Origin: an uncultured Bacilli bacterium
GTDB taxonomy: Bacteria > Bacillota_I > Bacilli_A > RF39 > UBA660
Assembly: GCA_934086315.1 (NCBI GenBank)
Contig: CAKOHZ010000001.1
Location: forward strand, 251,839-315,838
Direction: 5' to 3'
DNA: 64,000 nucleotides
The position numbers were made by a program, and so were the translations under genes. Position 1 is the first letter of the stretch. Each line of letters opens with the position of its first letter. This document shows positions 48,230-58,177 of this stretch, piece after piece. Below the pieces are notes generated by a model. The model made no database searches. It was not told the DNA's origin and was given only the letters and a program-made list of their open reading frames with translations.

Positions 48230-48415
48230 ATGAATAAAGAGTATAAAATAGGAAGCAAAGTCATTATGAAAAAACCACATCCTTGTGGAACTAACCTATG
48301 GGAAGTTACGAGAGTAGGAGTAGATATTAAAATAAAATGTATTAAATGTGGTAGAAGCATAATGATGGATAGAATTGAATTTGAAAAAAAACTAAAGAAA
48401 GTTGAGGAAATTTAA
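48230..48415 (+). CDS. DUF951 family small protein
   Basis: 'MKKPHPCGTNLWEVTRVGVDIKIKCIKCGR' is the DUF951 signature. The position after spo0J is conserved in Firmicutes. Confidence 0.7.
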   Translation: MNKEYKIGSKVIMKKPHPCGTNLWEVTRVGVDIKIKCIKCGRSIMMDRIEFEKKLKKVEEI

Positions 48416-49947
48416 TGTTTAAAAAGAAATTAAAATTAAGTCCTATAATGAGCTTTATAATTTTAATCTCTGTAACTATTTTATTAAGTGGATTCTTACA
48501 TCTTATTAATGTTCAAGGTGAATATACTACAGTTAATAGAGCTTCAAGTGAACTTATTAACAACGTCGTAGAAGTTAAAAACTTATTTAGTACTAAAGGT
48601 ATAAAACACATAGTTACAACAGCAGTTAGTGGATTTGTTAACTTTGAGCCACTAGGCGCACTTATAATAGTTCTTATAGGAATAGGAGTTCTAGAAAAAA
48701 CAGGATTTATGAAGACATTCTTCACAATACTAACTAGAAATTCCAAGAGATATACAATAACATTTATATTAGTATTTTTAAGTTTATTATTCTCATTATT
48801 AGGTAAAGTTGGTTTTGTAGTTATGTTACCAATAGGAGCATTACTATTTAAATATGGACGAAGGAACCCACTTGGAGGAATAATCGCATCATTCGCATCA
48901 CTTTCATTTGGATATGGTATAAATGTATTTATGTCAGCTAATGATAGTACGTTACTTAGCATGACATTAAATGCTACATACATAACAGATCCAAAATATA
49001 AAATAGGAGTATTCTTTGCATTGTTTATAATGATAGCAGTTCTAATTATTACATCAATTGTATTTACCCATATAACTGAAAAGAAAATAATGCCAAAATT
49101 ACCAAGAGTAGATGCAGAAGACGAAGAAGTTAAAATTACAAATAAAGAATTAAGAGGATTAATTATAGGTTTAGGAGTCGGATTTATATATACATTAATA
49201 GTAATATATATGATAATACCAGGACTTCCTTTATCAGGATTATTACTAGATTCAAGCAGTACAAAATACATAGATATGCTTTTTGGAGCAAATTCTATGT
49301 TTAATAAAGGATTTATATTCATAGTAACATTATTATTTGTAATAATAGGACTTGGATATGGATTTATGACAAAAACAATTAAAAATAACAATGATATAGC
49401 AGAAAGTTTAGGATACTCATTAGATGGTATAGGAAGCATACTAGTATTGTTATTCTTTGCATCATTATTTATTAATATTTATGATGAAAGTGGAATAGGT
49501 ATGGTATTAGTTGCTTGGACTTCTAAAATAATAGGCGGTCTTAAATTTTCAGGAGTAGGATTAATATTAACAGTATTTGCATTAGTTGCAATCGTTAATA
49601 TATTCTGTCCAAGTTCTACAGTAAAATGGAGTATGCTATCAGGAAATGTAGTAACTGTATTAATGGCAGAAAGTATAAGCCCAGAATTTGCTCAAGTAAT
49701 ATTTTCAGCAGCAGATTCTGTAACTAAAGGTTTAACGCCATTATTCCTATACTATGTAATATATATAGCATTCTTAGAAAAATATAATAAAAGTGATGAA
49801 ACAATTACACTATTTGGAAGTGCAAAGTACATGGTACCATACGCAGTATATATAACTCTTATATGGGCAGTAGTATTAGTAGCTTGGTACTTAACTGGCC
49901 TACCAATAGGAATTGGCACTTTACCGGGGGTAACATATGGCGCTTAA
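48415..49947 (+). CDS. AbgT family transporter
   Basis: ~510-aa polytopic membrane protein with AbgT-like N-terminal topology. The call rests mainly on size and composition. Confidence 0.55.
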   Translation: MFKKKLKLSPIMSFIILISVTILLSGFLHLINVQGEYTTVNRASSELINNVVEVKNLFSTKGIKHIVTTAVSGFVNFEPLGALIIVLIGIGVLEKTGFMKTFFTILTRNSKRYTITFILVFLSLLFSLLGKVGFVVMLPIGALLFKYGRRNPLGGIIASFASLSFGYGINVFMSANDSTLLSMTLNATYITDPKYKIGVFFALFIMIAVLIITSIVFTHITEKKIMPKLPRVDAEDEEVKITNKELRGLIIGLGVGFIYTLIVIYMIIPGLPLSGLLLDSSSTKYIDMLFGANSMFNKGFIFIVTLLFVIIGLGYGFMTKTIKNNNDIAESLGYSLDGIGSILVLLFFASLFINIYDESGIGMVLVAWTSKIIGGLKFSGVGLILTVFALVAIVNIFCPSSTVKWSMLSGNVVTVLMAESISPEFAQVIFSAADSVTKGLTPLFLYYVIYIAFLEKYNKSDETITLFGSAKYMVPYAVYITLIWAVVLVAWYLTGLPIGIGTLPGVTYGA

Positions 49948-51043
49948 AGCAGGAATTATAGGTCTTCCTAATGTAGGAAAAAGTACATTATTTAATGCAA
50001 TAACAAAGAAAAATATTTTAGCAGCAAATTATCCATTCGCAACAATTGATCCAAATGTAGGAGTAGTTACTGTACCAGATAAAAGATTAGAAACACTTAA
50101 TGACATGTATATGCCAGAAAGAGTTATACCAACTCAATATGAATTTATTGATATAGCTGGTTTAGTAAAAGGAGCATCCACTGGAGAAGGTTTAGGAAAT
50201 AAATTCTTAGCAAACATTCGTGAAGTAGATGCAATCGTACAAGTCGTTAGATGCTTTGAAAATAAAGATATTATACATGTAGAAGGAACAATAGATCCTG
50301 TACGTGATATAGAAATAGTAAATTATGAACTTATTCTTAGCGACCTTGAAATAGTTGAAGGAAGACTATCTAGAATAGAAAAGAAAGCAGTAACATCAAA
50401 TGATAAAGAAGCACTTTACGAAGTAGCACTTCTAAAAAGACTTCAAGAAATACTTAGCAGTGGAAAAATGCTAAGGCTAGAAACATTTGATGAAAAAGAA
50501 AGCAAACTAATTAAAACATACAATCTAATAACACAAAAACCATTCATTTATTTAGCAAACGTATCAGAAGATGATTTGCTTTCTAAAGAAAATGAATATG
50601 TAACTAAAGTACGTGAGTACGCAGCAAAAGAAAATGCGAGTGTAGTACTTATGTGTGCTAAAATAGAAAGTGAGCTTTCAGAATTAGATGAAGAATCTAA
50701 ACAAGAATTCTTAAGAGACTTAGGAATTCAAAATAGTGGTTTAGACCAACTAATTCATAACACATATCATCTACTTGGACTTAAAACATTCTTTACTGTA
50801 GGTAAAGACGAAGTAAGAGCATGGACATTCAAAGATGGAATGAAAGCTCCAGAATGTGCAGGACTAATTCACACAGACTTCGAACGTGGATTCATAAAAG
50901 CAGAAGTAATGAGTTATGATGACTTAGTAAACTATGGAAGTGAACTAAAAGTAAAAGAAGCAGGTAAAGCAAGACTAGAAGGAAAAGAATATGTAATGCA
51001 AGATGGAGATATTTGCCTATTTAGATTTAATGTTACAAAATAA
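49937..51043 (+). CDS. ychF: redox-regulated ribosome-binding ATPase YchF
   Basis: '[16 protein letters not shown]', '[10 protein letters not shown]' and a C-terminal TGS-like 'HTDFERGFI'. Confidence 0.95.
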   Translation: MALKAGIIGLPNVGKSTLFNAITKKNILAANYPFATIDPNVGVVTVPDKRLETLNDMYMPERVIPTQYEFIDIAGLVKGASTGEGLGNKFLANIREVDAIVQVVRCFENKDIIHVEGTIDPVRDIEIVNYELILSDLEIVEGRLSRIEKKAVTSNDKEALYEVALLKRLQEILSSGKMLRLETFDEKESKLIKTYNLITQKPFIYLANVSEDDLLSKENEYVTKVREYAAKENASVVLMCAKIESELSELDEESKQEFLRDLGIQNSGLDQLIHNTYHLLGLKTFFTVGKDEVRAWTFKDGMKAPECAGLIHTDFERGFIKAEVMSYDDLVNYGSELKVKEAGKARLEGKEYVMQDGDICLFRFNVTK

Positions 51044-51066
51044 AAGACCAAATGGTCTTTTTATTT
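51043..51066 (+). terminator. rho-independent terminator after ychF
   Basis: aagacc-aaat-ggtctt followed by a T-run. Confidence 0.7.
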
Positions 51067-51121
51067 TAATTTTAAATCATAAAAAAGATACTTCATTTGA
51101 AGTATCTTTAATTTTAATTAC

Positions 51122-51520
51122 TTATTTTATATCAATGAATTTCTTTGATTGTTTTTGTTCTTCTTTAGGGAAGTTAATCTTTAAAACGCCATTATTGAAA
51201 TGTGCTTCAATAGATTTTTCATTAACGTTACCAACGTTAAATTGTCTTCTGAATGTACCAAATGATCTTTCTTTACGATAGTAATTCTTTTCTTTGTCTT
51301 CTTTTTCTTCATGTTTAGTAGCAACTACTGTAAGAATACCATCATCTAAGTCGATTTTTACATCGTCCTTATTAAATCCTGGAACATCCATATCAATATG
51401 AATTTTACCACCTTTTTCATAAATGTCGCATTTCATGTCATTCTTTGGCATTTTTGGCATTGTTAGTACAAAATCATCAAAGAAATCATCTAAATAAAAC
51501 TTTTCTGGTAATAAACTCAT
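51122..51520 (-). CDS. Hsp20/alpha-crystallin small heat-shock protein
   Basis: 'DMDVPGFNKDDVKIDLDDGILTV' and 'NGVLKINFPK'. The second ATG is chosen because of its spacing to RBS 'aggag'. Confidence 0.85.
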   Translation of the reverse strand: MSLLPEKFYLDDFFDDFVLTMPKMPKNDMKCDIYEKGGKIHIDMDVPGFNKDDVKIDLDDGILTVVATKHEEKEDKEKNYYRKERSFGTFRRQFNVGNVNEKSIEAHFNNGVLKINFPKEEQKQSKKFIDIK

Positions 51521-51558
51521 TATTTTCATCTCCTAACAATTATAATTATACTCAATAA

Positions 51559-51585
51559 TTAGCACTTGTCAATAGTAAGTGCTAA
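51559..51585. promoter_or_regulatory. CIRCE-like operator (HrcA binding site) upstream of hsp20
   Basis: TTAGCACTT-N9-AAGTGCTAA compared with the consensus TTAGCACTC-N9-GAGTGCTAA. Located ~30-40 nt upstream of the hsp20 start codon. Confidence 0.7.
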
Positions 51586-51664
51586 TTTTATAAAACTTTT
51601 TTGGAAAAATTTTACACTATTATTATATACACTTTAGTAAATAATATAACTAGGAGGCAAAAGT

Positions 51665-51862
51665 ATGAAAGAAGTACCAAATATAATATCAATAAAAGAC
51701 TTATTATATATAGAAGATATGCTTAACTGGAACTTTATAATGAATAAAAAAGTCTATGCTTATTTAGAATGTGTAGAAGATGAAAAGATAATAGAACTTC
51801 TAACTAAGATAAAGAAAATGCATTTTAAACATTATAAAGATCTACTAGAAGTATTAGAGTAG
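51665..51862 (+). CDS. hypothetical small protein (65 aa), probably co-transcribed with the coat-F gene
   Basis: Strong RBS 'aggagg'. Ends 8 nt before the next gene. Confidence 0.5.
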   Translation: MKEVPNIISIKDLLYIEDMLNWNFIMNKKVYAYLECVEDEKIIELLTKIKKMHFKHYKDLLEVLE

Positions 51863-51870
51863 GAGGAATT

Positions 51871-52179
51871 ATGGAAGAAATTAAAAATAAATGTGAACAA
51901 ACACCTAAAGATGAATGTATGAGCGAAGAAGATATATTAAATGATATATTATTATCTGAAAAAAATATATCTAATAGTTATAGTGTCGCTATAAATGAAA
52001 TGAGTAACAAATATTTATATAAAAAAGTAATGAATATATTTGAAGATACTAAAGATATAGCTCGTGATATATTCAATCTAATGTTTGAAAAAGGTTGGTA
52101 TACAGTACCAGTAGAAGAAGATAAAAAGATTGAAAAGTCTTACACTAAATATAATAATAAACTAAGTGAATTAAGTTAA
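51871..52179 (+). CDS. spore coat protein F (Coat_F) family
   Basis: 'DILNDILLSEKNISNSYSVAINEMSN...' is a typical Coat_F helix pattern. Confidence 0.65.
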   Translation: MEEIKNKCEQTPKDECMSEEDILNDILLSEKNISNSYSVAINEMSNKYLYKKVMNIFEDTKDIARDIFNLMFEKGWYTVPVEEDKKIEKSYTKYNNKLSELS

Positions 52180-52253
52180 AAGGATTAACAAAAGTTAATC
52201 TTTTTCTATCTAAAATTCTTTTTTAAGTATTTGAATTATGATAAAATATTATT

Positions 52254-52916
52254 ATGAAGAAAATAGTAATAGTATTTTTTTGTTTTATATGTTTTTTAAC
52301 TAATGTATATGCTGAAAGAAAAGAGGTAACATTTGAATCTTGTGTTGACGGTGACACAATAAAAGTATTGATAGATGGTAAAAAAACAACTGTTAGATTT
52401 TTAGCAGTAGATACTCCTGAAACTAAACATCCTAAAAAGGGAGTTGAACCATATGGAAAAGAAGCTAGCGATTATACATGTAATAGAGTTAAAAATGCAA
52501 AAAAACTAGAAATTGAATATGATAGTGGAAGTTCAAAAACTGATAAATATGAAAGAGCACTTGGTTGGATATTCGTAGATGATTCATTACTTCAAAAAGA
52601 ACTTATAGAGAAGGGCTATGCCAAAGTAGCCTATCTATATGGAAAATACATGTACACTGAAGAACTACAAAAAGAGGAGGAAAAAGCAAAAGAATCAAAA
52701 CTTGGTGTATGGAGTGATGAAGTACAAAGCGAAACACAAAGTACAGACAATACAAGTAGTATAGAAGAAACTAAAGATACGAATACAAATGAAGAAAAAT
52801 CATTCATAGAAAAACTTATAGATAAAATTTTAGATTCTCTAAAAGATGCAATAAATAATCTATTTAAAAAAATAAAAAAAGAAATAATTAAACAAATAAA
52901 TAAAATATTTGACTAA
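52254..52916 (+). CDS. secreted thermonuclease (SNase family)
   Basis: Signal peptide 'MKKIVIVFFCFICFLTNVYA'. 'VDGDTIKV', 'VRFLAVDTPET' and 'GWIFVD'. Confidence 0.85.
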   Translation: MKKIVIVFFCFICFLTNVYAERKEVTFESCVDGDTIKVLIDGKKTTVRFLAVDTPETKHPKKGVEPYGKEASDYTCNRVKNAKKLEIEYDSGSSKTDKYERALGWIFVDDSLLQKELIEKGYAKVAYLYGKYMYTEELQKEEEKAKESKLGVWSDEVQSETQSTDNTSSIEETKDTNTNEEKSFIEKLIDKILDSLKDAINNLFKKIKKEIIKQINKIFD

Positions 52917-52964
52917 AAAATATAATATATTATAATATATGTACTATATTGGAGAAAAAAGAGT

Positions 52965-54119
52965 ATGAGAAAAGATGAAAAATTTTTAAAAGATTTAGAG
53001 AGTAAATTTAATGATTTAAAACCAAGACAAAAAAATAAAATAATGAAAAAATATACTAAGTTTATAGAAGATGGCAAAAAGAATAAAAGAAAAATGACTA
53101 GTATATTAAAAGACTTAGGTAAACCAGATGAAATAGCTAAAAGAGAATTAGAAAATCTAAATACTAATAAATTCAAAATATTTACTGAATCTTTAAAAGA
53201 AAAACTTAATTCGATAAAAGAAAAAACTCTTAAAAAGAAAAAACTCAAAGAAACAAAAGAAAAATTAAAAGAAGACTTTATAAAAGAAGAAAAACCTAAA
53301 AAAATAAAACTTCCTAAAATTAAAGAAAAAGATACTTTAAAAGAAAATATAGAAGAAGTTATTGAAGATGCAAAGGAAGAAATAAATAATGTAACTGAAA
53401 TAGTAACAGAGAAAAAAATATTTGAAAGTAAATCTTCTAGAATAAAAAGAATTATTTTTAAGACCTTAGGAGTTATTTTAACTATAATACTACTATTTAT
53501 ATGGTTATGGTTATTAATAGTGTTTATGGCTTCTATATTTGCTTATTTAGATGGTGTTAAACTTATAGGACTTAATATAGCACTTCTAGGAATAGTACTT
53601 TTAGTTTTATCACTAGTTATATTAATAAACAAAAGTATATTTAAAAAGAAAATAAGTTTAAAATGGTCATTAATATTTATAATAATATTTATAGTAATTA
53701 TAGCCTTAGGAGTAACACTATTTATAAAAGAAATATCAAACATAAAAACTACACATGATGTTAGTGATAAATACACAATGACAAAAAACTCTACAACATA
53801 CAACTTATCAAAAGATGATAAACCATTCTATATAACATTTAATAGTAATTATAAAACTAAATATATAGTAGAATATGATGAGTCTCTAAAAGATAAAGTA
53901 AAAGTAGAAGTTAAGTACTATGAATGCTATTATGACTACTTTATAAAGAAAAGTACAGATAGTGCATATATATCATTAAAATTAAATAAAAGAGATCGTT
54001 TAAGTGTATATATAGATGACTTAAAAGAAGGTAAAATCTATGATAACGATGAACTAGAAAGATACACTGTCAAAATAATAGGATCTAAAAAAGACATGGA
54101 AAGAGTAATTATAGAATAA
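52965..54119 (+). CDS. DUF1700-like membrane protein
   Basis: The N-terminal 'FLKDLESKFNDL...ILKDLGKPDEIAKRE' matches DUF1700. A K/E-rich linker, then TM helices, follow. Confidence 0.5.
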   Translation: MRKDEKFLKDLESKFNDLKPRQKNKIMKKYTKFIEDGKKNKRKMTSILKDLGKPDEIAKRELENLNTNKFKIFTESLKEKLNSIKEKTLKKKKLKETKEKLKEDFIKEEKPKKIKLPKIKEKDTLKENIEEVIEDAKEEINNVTEIVTEKKIFESKSSRIKRIIFKTLGVILTIILLFIWLWLLIVFMASIFAYLDGVKLIGLNIALLGIVLLVLSLVILINKSIFKKKISLKWSLIFIIIFIVIIALGVTLFIKEISNIKTTHDVSDKYTMTKNSTTYNLSKDDKPFYITFNSNYKTKYIVEYDESLKDKVKVEVKYYECYYDYFIKKSTDSAYISLKLNKRDRLSVYIDDLKEGKIYDNDELERYTVKIIGSKKDMERVIIE

Positions 54120-54497
54120 TTATTCTTTTTTTAATTCGTCTAACTTTTTATTAAGTTCCTCAATTGCTTTCTTTAAGACATCCACATCACTATTACTAGA
54201 AGGATAGACTTCTCTAATAATCTTTCTTATCTTTTCAATATCATATATTACAGGATTATATAAACACTTAACTTCTTTAGAATTAATATTTATAATACTA
54301 CCATTTATTCTAGATTCTATTATATTTTGACTAGCTGCATTCGTAAGAATGGTTTGTCCAATAAGAATAATCCAGTTACCTAACATATTTTGTTCAGGGG
54401 CAGTTAAGCTATCAACAAGAACTAAACCTAAAATAAATCCAATCGTAGTTGAATATCTTGGATTAGTATTAAATATGTCATCATAACTTTCTTTCAT
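54120..54497 (-). CDS. hypothetical protein (125 aa)
   Basis: ORF from the track with one hydrophobic segment. No motif recognised. Confidence 0.45.
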   Translation of the reverse strand: MKESYDDIFNTNPRYSTTIGFILGLVLVDSLTAPEQNMLGNWIILIGQTILTNAASQNIIESRINGSIININSKEVKCLYNPVIYDIEKIRKIIREVYPSSNSDVDVLKKAIEELNKKLDELKKE

Positions 54498-54562
54498 ACT
54501 TAATAATATGTTTTAAGTACAAAAAAACTCATACAACATATATTACTAAAGAAGGAGGTTAT

Positions 54563-54787
54563 ATGAATTTATGTGATTTGGACTTTAATAAAAAAGCTAT
54601 CATAGATGATATAACTTTACATGGTATTAAGAAAAGAAGATTATATGATTTAGGTTTTATACCAAGAGAAACTGTATATAAAATGTTTAATTCTATTTAT
54701 AAGAATCCTAAATGTTATAAAGTTAAAAATACTTTTTTAGCATTAAGAGACGAAGATGCTATTAACATAGAGGTTCATTATGAATAA
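54563..54787 (+). CDS. feoA: ferrous iron transport protein A
   Basis: Small SH3-like protein directly upstream of, and overlapping, feoB. RBS 'aaggagg'. Confidence 0.75.
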   Translation: MNLCDLDFNKKAIIDDITLHGIKKRRLYDLGFIPRETVYKMFNSIYKNPKCYKVKNTFLALRDEDAINIEVHYE

Positions 54788-56759
54788 AAATATTCTTTTA
54801 GTTGGTAATCCTAATGTAGGTAAATCTTCTATTTTCAATATATTAACTCACTCACATGAACATACCGGTAACTGGACAGGTAAAACTGTTAAATTAGCTA
54901 GAAAAAATATTATAAATACTAATTATACTTTAATAGATTTACCAGGTATATATTCACTTTCAAGTCTTAGTGAAGAAGAAATAGTAGCTAAAGATACTCT
55001 TTTATTTGAACAATATGAAAAGATAATTTATGTAATGGATGCATCTAATATTGAAAAGAACTTGCATCTACTTTTACAAATACTTGAAATTAATAAAAAT
55101 ATAATTTTATGTCTTAATATGATAGATGAATTAGATTCTAAAGGTATAAAAGTAAATGATAAAAGATTAAGTGAAATACTAGGTATGAAAGTAATAAAGT
55201 GTTCTGCATCAAAGAACATTGGTATTAAAGAATTAATAGATTCTTTAGATACAACAAGTACTAGTAATTATAACTATATTTATGATTTTAATATCGAAAA
55301 GGGTATATCTGATATATTTGACTATCTTACTCATCAATTCAAGTCTAGATTTATAGCATTAAGTCTTTTAGAAAAAGATAAAACCTTAGTAGAATCTATA
55401 AACAAAAAATATAAAGTAAATATTATTAATGATGATATACAAAATTATTTAATGGATATTAATTCAGAAGAAATATCAGACAAAGTATCTCTTTTATTGA
55501 ATGATATTTCTAAAAATATTACAAACGAAGTAGTAAAAAGATCAAAAGAAAAAGAAATAGGTATTATAGATAAAATATTTACTAAAAAGATTTATGCTTT
55601 ATCTATAATGTTTATTGTTATGTTTGGTATATTTTTAATTACCATAGTAATTGCTAATTATCCAAGTGATGCTCTTAGTTATTTATTTTCAAAGTTAGAA
55701 GTTCTTTTGTTAAACTTAGCTAAATATCTAAAGATTCCAGGGTATATTTATGAACCACTTATCTATGGAGTATATAGAGTTGTTAGTTTTATAGTATCTG
55801 TTATGTTTCCACCATTAGTTATCTTTTTCTTTTTATTTACCTATGCTGAAGAAAGTGGAATACTTCCAAGACTTGCTTTTAACTTTGATAATGTCTTTAA
55901 GAAATGTGGTTGTCATGGAAAGCAAGCATTAACTATTTGTTCGGGCTTTGGATGTAATGCTTGTGCAGTAGTAGGAAGCAGAATAATAGATAGTAAAAGA
56001 GATAAACTGATAGCTATATTAACAAATTCGTTTATTCCCTGTAATGGTAGATTTCCAATGATAATAGCTCTCATCACAATGTTTTTTACTACATCTAATA
56101 ACAAACTACAAGTATCTTTCTATTTAACTTTATTTGTAATACTTTCTATTTTAATATCGCTGCTTACTTCATTTATATTATCTAAAACTATATTAAAAGG
56201 GTATAATGGTTTCTTTATACTAGAACTTCCTGATTATAAAAAAGTAAAACTAAAAAAAGTATTAAAGAATAGTCTAGTATATAAGTCTTTATCTATATTA
56301 AAAAAAGCAGTATTAGTATCAATTCCTTGTGGAATAATTATATATCTGATGACTAATACTACTATTAAAGATATTACTTTATTTAAAGTTATAAGCGAAT
56401 TCTTAGAGCCATTTGCTTCTCTTATAGGCTTAGATGGTGTTATACTTTTATCTTTCTTTTTGGCGTTACCAGCTAATGAAATAGTTCTACCAATTATTAT
56501 AATGGGATATCTAGGCGATAAAAATGTACCAATGATATCAAACTATCTTTCTATTAAAGAAGTATTGATTAACAATGGATGGACATATATGACAGCACTT
56601 TCCACTATATTATTTTCTATAATGCATTTTCCATGTGGTACAACTTTAGCTACTATTAAAAGTGAAGTAGGTACAAAATGGATGATATATAGTTTCTTTA
56701 TACCACTTATTACAGGAATATTATTTTTGTTAATTCTTAATGTATTGCACGGCTTTTAA
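54780..56759 (+). CDS. feoB: ferrous iron transporter FeoB
   Basis: G-domain 'LVGNPNVGKSSIFN' and 'DLPGIYS', followed by a polytopic membrane domain. Confidence 0.9.
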   Translation: MNKNILLVGNPNVGKSSIFNILTHSHEHTGNWTGKTVKLARKNIINTNYTLIDLPGIYSLSSLSEEEIVAKDTLLFEQYEKIIYVMDASNIEKNLHLLLQILEINKNIILCLNMIDELDSKGIKVNDKRLSEILGMKVIKCSASKNIGIKELIDSLDTTSTSNYNYIYDFNIEKGISDIFDYLTHQFKSRFIALSLLEKDKTLVESINKKYKVNIINDDIQNYLMDINSEEISDKVSLLLNDISKNITNEVVKRSKEKEIGIIDKIFTKKIYALSIMFIVMFGIFLITIVIANYPSDALSYLFSKLEVLLLNLAKYLKIPGYIYEPLIYGVYRVVSFIVSVMFPPLVIFFFLFTYAEESGILPRLAFNFDNVFKKCGCHGKQALTICSGFGCNACAVVGSRIIDSKRDKLIAILTNSFIPCNGRFPMIIALITMFFTTSNNKLQVSFYLTLFVILSILISLLTSFILSKTILKGYNGFFILELPDYKKVKLKKVLKNSLVYKSLSILKKAVLVSIPCGIIIYLMTNTTIKDITLFKVISEFLEPFASLIGLDGVILLSFFLALPANEIVLPIIIMGYLGDKNVPMISNYLSIKEVLINNGWTYMTALSTILFSIMHFPCGTTLATIKSEVGTKWMIYSFFIPLITGILFLLILNVLHGF

Positions 56760-56801
56760 CTCAAGAAAAAAACTCTAGAAATTCCAGAGTTAATATTCAA
56801 C

Positions 56802-56877
56802 TGGCGCCTGATGCAGGACTCGGACCTGCGACCTAACGGTTAACAGCCGTGCGCTCTACCGACTGAGCTAATCAGGC
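56802..56877 (-). tRNA. trnN: tRNA-Asn (anticodon GTT)
   Basis: The reverse complement reads GCCTGAT-TA-GCTCAGTCGGTAGAGC-...CTGTTAA...-GCAGGTCCGAGTCCTGC-ATCAGGC-G-CCA. Cloverleaf folded by hand. Confidence 0.9.
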
Positions 56878-56980
56878 ACTTGCATAAATAATTATAGATT
56901 ATCATTTGATATTTGTCAACAAAAATATGGACATTTATTATAAAAATTGATAAAATTAATATGAATTATGAGGGAAAAGT

Positions 56981-58003
56981 ATGAATAATAATATAGAAAT
57001 GGTAGATTTAAGTAATGTTAGTCAAAATAATAATGTAAATACTAATAATGAAACAGAGTTAAATGCTAATTCAAGCAACCCAAATCATGTTAGTATTTTA
57101 GAAATGTATGGAGAAAATTTAAGTAGAAAAGAATATGTTACTAATCCAGCGATTGGAAGAGACAGTGAAATAGAACAAGCTATAGTAATACTTTTAACAC
57201 CAGAAAAAAGTGCCCTTTTAGTAGGTAAAGCTGGTGTAGGTAAAACTGCTATTGTTGAAGGTATAGGTTACAGAATGAAAAATGGTATGATACCTAATGC
57301 ATTAAAGCCATATGAATTAATTAAAGTTAATATTTCAAGTTTACTTGGTGAAACTAAAGTAGGAGAAGGACAAACTGAAAATAGACTTCAATTATTAGTA
57401 GATGAATTAAAAACTAAAAAGAATATTATATTATTTATAGATGAAGTTCACCTTCTAGTTAACAGAAACACTACTAACATGAGTATAGACTTTGCCAACA
57501 TGTTAAAGCCAGGTCTAGACCGTGGTGATATTAAAATGATAGGTGCAACTACATATGAAGAATATGAAGCATATATTTTAAGAGATAGAGCCTTCTTAAG
57601 ACGTTTCTTAAAAGTAGATGTAGCTGAACCAGATGAAGATCAATGTACACAAATCTTACTTGGAACATATCCTAAATATGAAAAAAGAACTGGTGTAAAA
57701 CTTGAATATACTGACTACTTAAAAGAAAAAATATTCAGATTTATAGTTCAAATGACAGATGAATATAAAAGAATTTATGAAATAGGTAATAGATACCCAG
57801 ATGTTGCTCTTACTATCGTTATGAGTGCATTCTCACTTGCTTCATATGAAAATAGTCCAGTCGTAACACTAAAACATTTCTATAAAGCAATATGTAGAAC
57901 AAAAGTGGTATATGAAGATGCTAAAGTAAAAGAAATAGCCAGATTCAAAGAATTATTCAAAGATATTATTGCTGAAGAAAACGTTGATCTAAATGATATG
58001 TAA
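56981..58003 (+). CDS. stand-alone Clp/Hsp100 D1-like AAA+ ATPase (340 aa)
   Basis: '[14 protein letters not shown]', Walker A '[15 protein letters not shown]', Walker B 'ILFIDEVH', 'IGATTYEEY' and 'AFLRRF' align with ClpA/B/C D1. There is no N-domain, M-domain or D2. The N-terminus is Asn-rich. Confidence 0.7.
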   Translation: MNNNIEMVDLSNVSQNNNVNTNNETELNANSSNPNHVSILEMYGENLSRKEYVTNPAIGRDSEIEQAIVILLTPEKSALLVGKAGVGKTAIVEGIGYRMKNGMIPNALKPYELIKVNISSLLGETKVGEGQTENRLQLLVDELKTKKNIILFIDEVHLLVNRNTTNMSIDFANMLKPGLDRGDIKMIGATTYEEYEAYILRDRAFLRRFLKVDVAEPDEDQCTQILLGTYPKYEKRTGVKLEYTDYLKEKIFRFIVQMTDEYKRIYEIGNRYPDVALTIVMSAFSLASYENSPVVTLKHFYKAICRTKVVYEDAKVKEIARFKELFKDIIAEENVDLNDM

Positions 58004-58177
58004 AAAAATAAAATATATATAAAATTTAAAAATACAAAGAAAATTCTATGTGAAACTATAATTATCACTAAGAGAATTTTCTTTTTTTATTATCATAAAA
58101 TCATCTCAAAATAGAATTTTACCAATTTGAAATGATTTTTTTAATTTTGTAGTATACAACTAACGAAAGGAAGAATT

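Noticed and set aside
48513-49439. 308-aa ORF on the minus strand inside the AbgT transporter gene. Similar long antisense ORFs occur at 27520..27942, 12600..13031, 6586..6984, 8958..9278, 58390..58809, 60982..61338, 47054..47359 and 40831..41136.
   Set aside because: Each lies wholly within a sense-strand gene that has clear family motifs. Their translations are low-complexity (S/L/I/F/N-rich) with no RBS. They are shadow ORFs, as expected in AT-rich DNA with few antisense stop codons.
51003-51281. 92-aa plus-strand ORF overlapping the end of ychF and the antisense strand of hsp20. Also the 111-aa minus-strand ORF at 52913..53248.
   Set aside because: Both overlap well-supported genes, cross a terminator or a low-complexity K/E-rich region, and lack an RBS. 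They are spurious.
52254-52916. Thermonuclease as part of a defence system
   Set aside because: It has a classical secretion signal and a stand-alone SNase fold, with neighbours related to spore coat and membrane functions. It looks like an ordinary extracellular nuclease.
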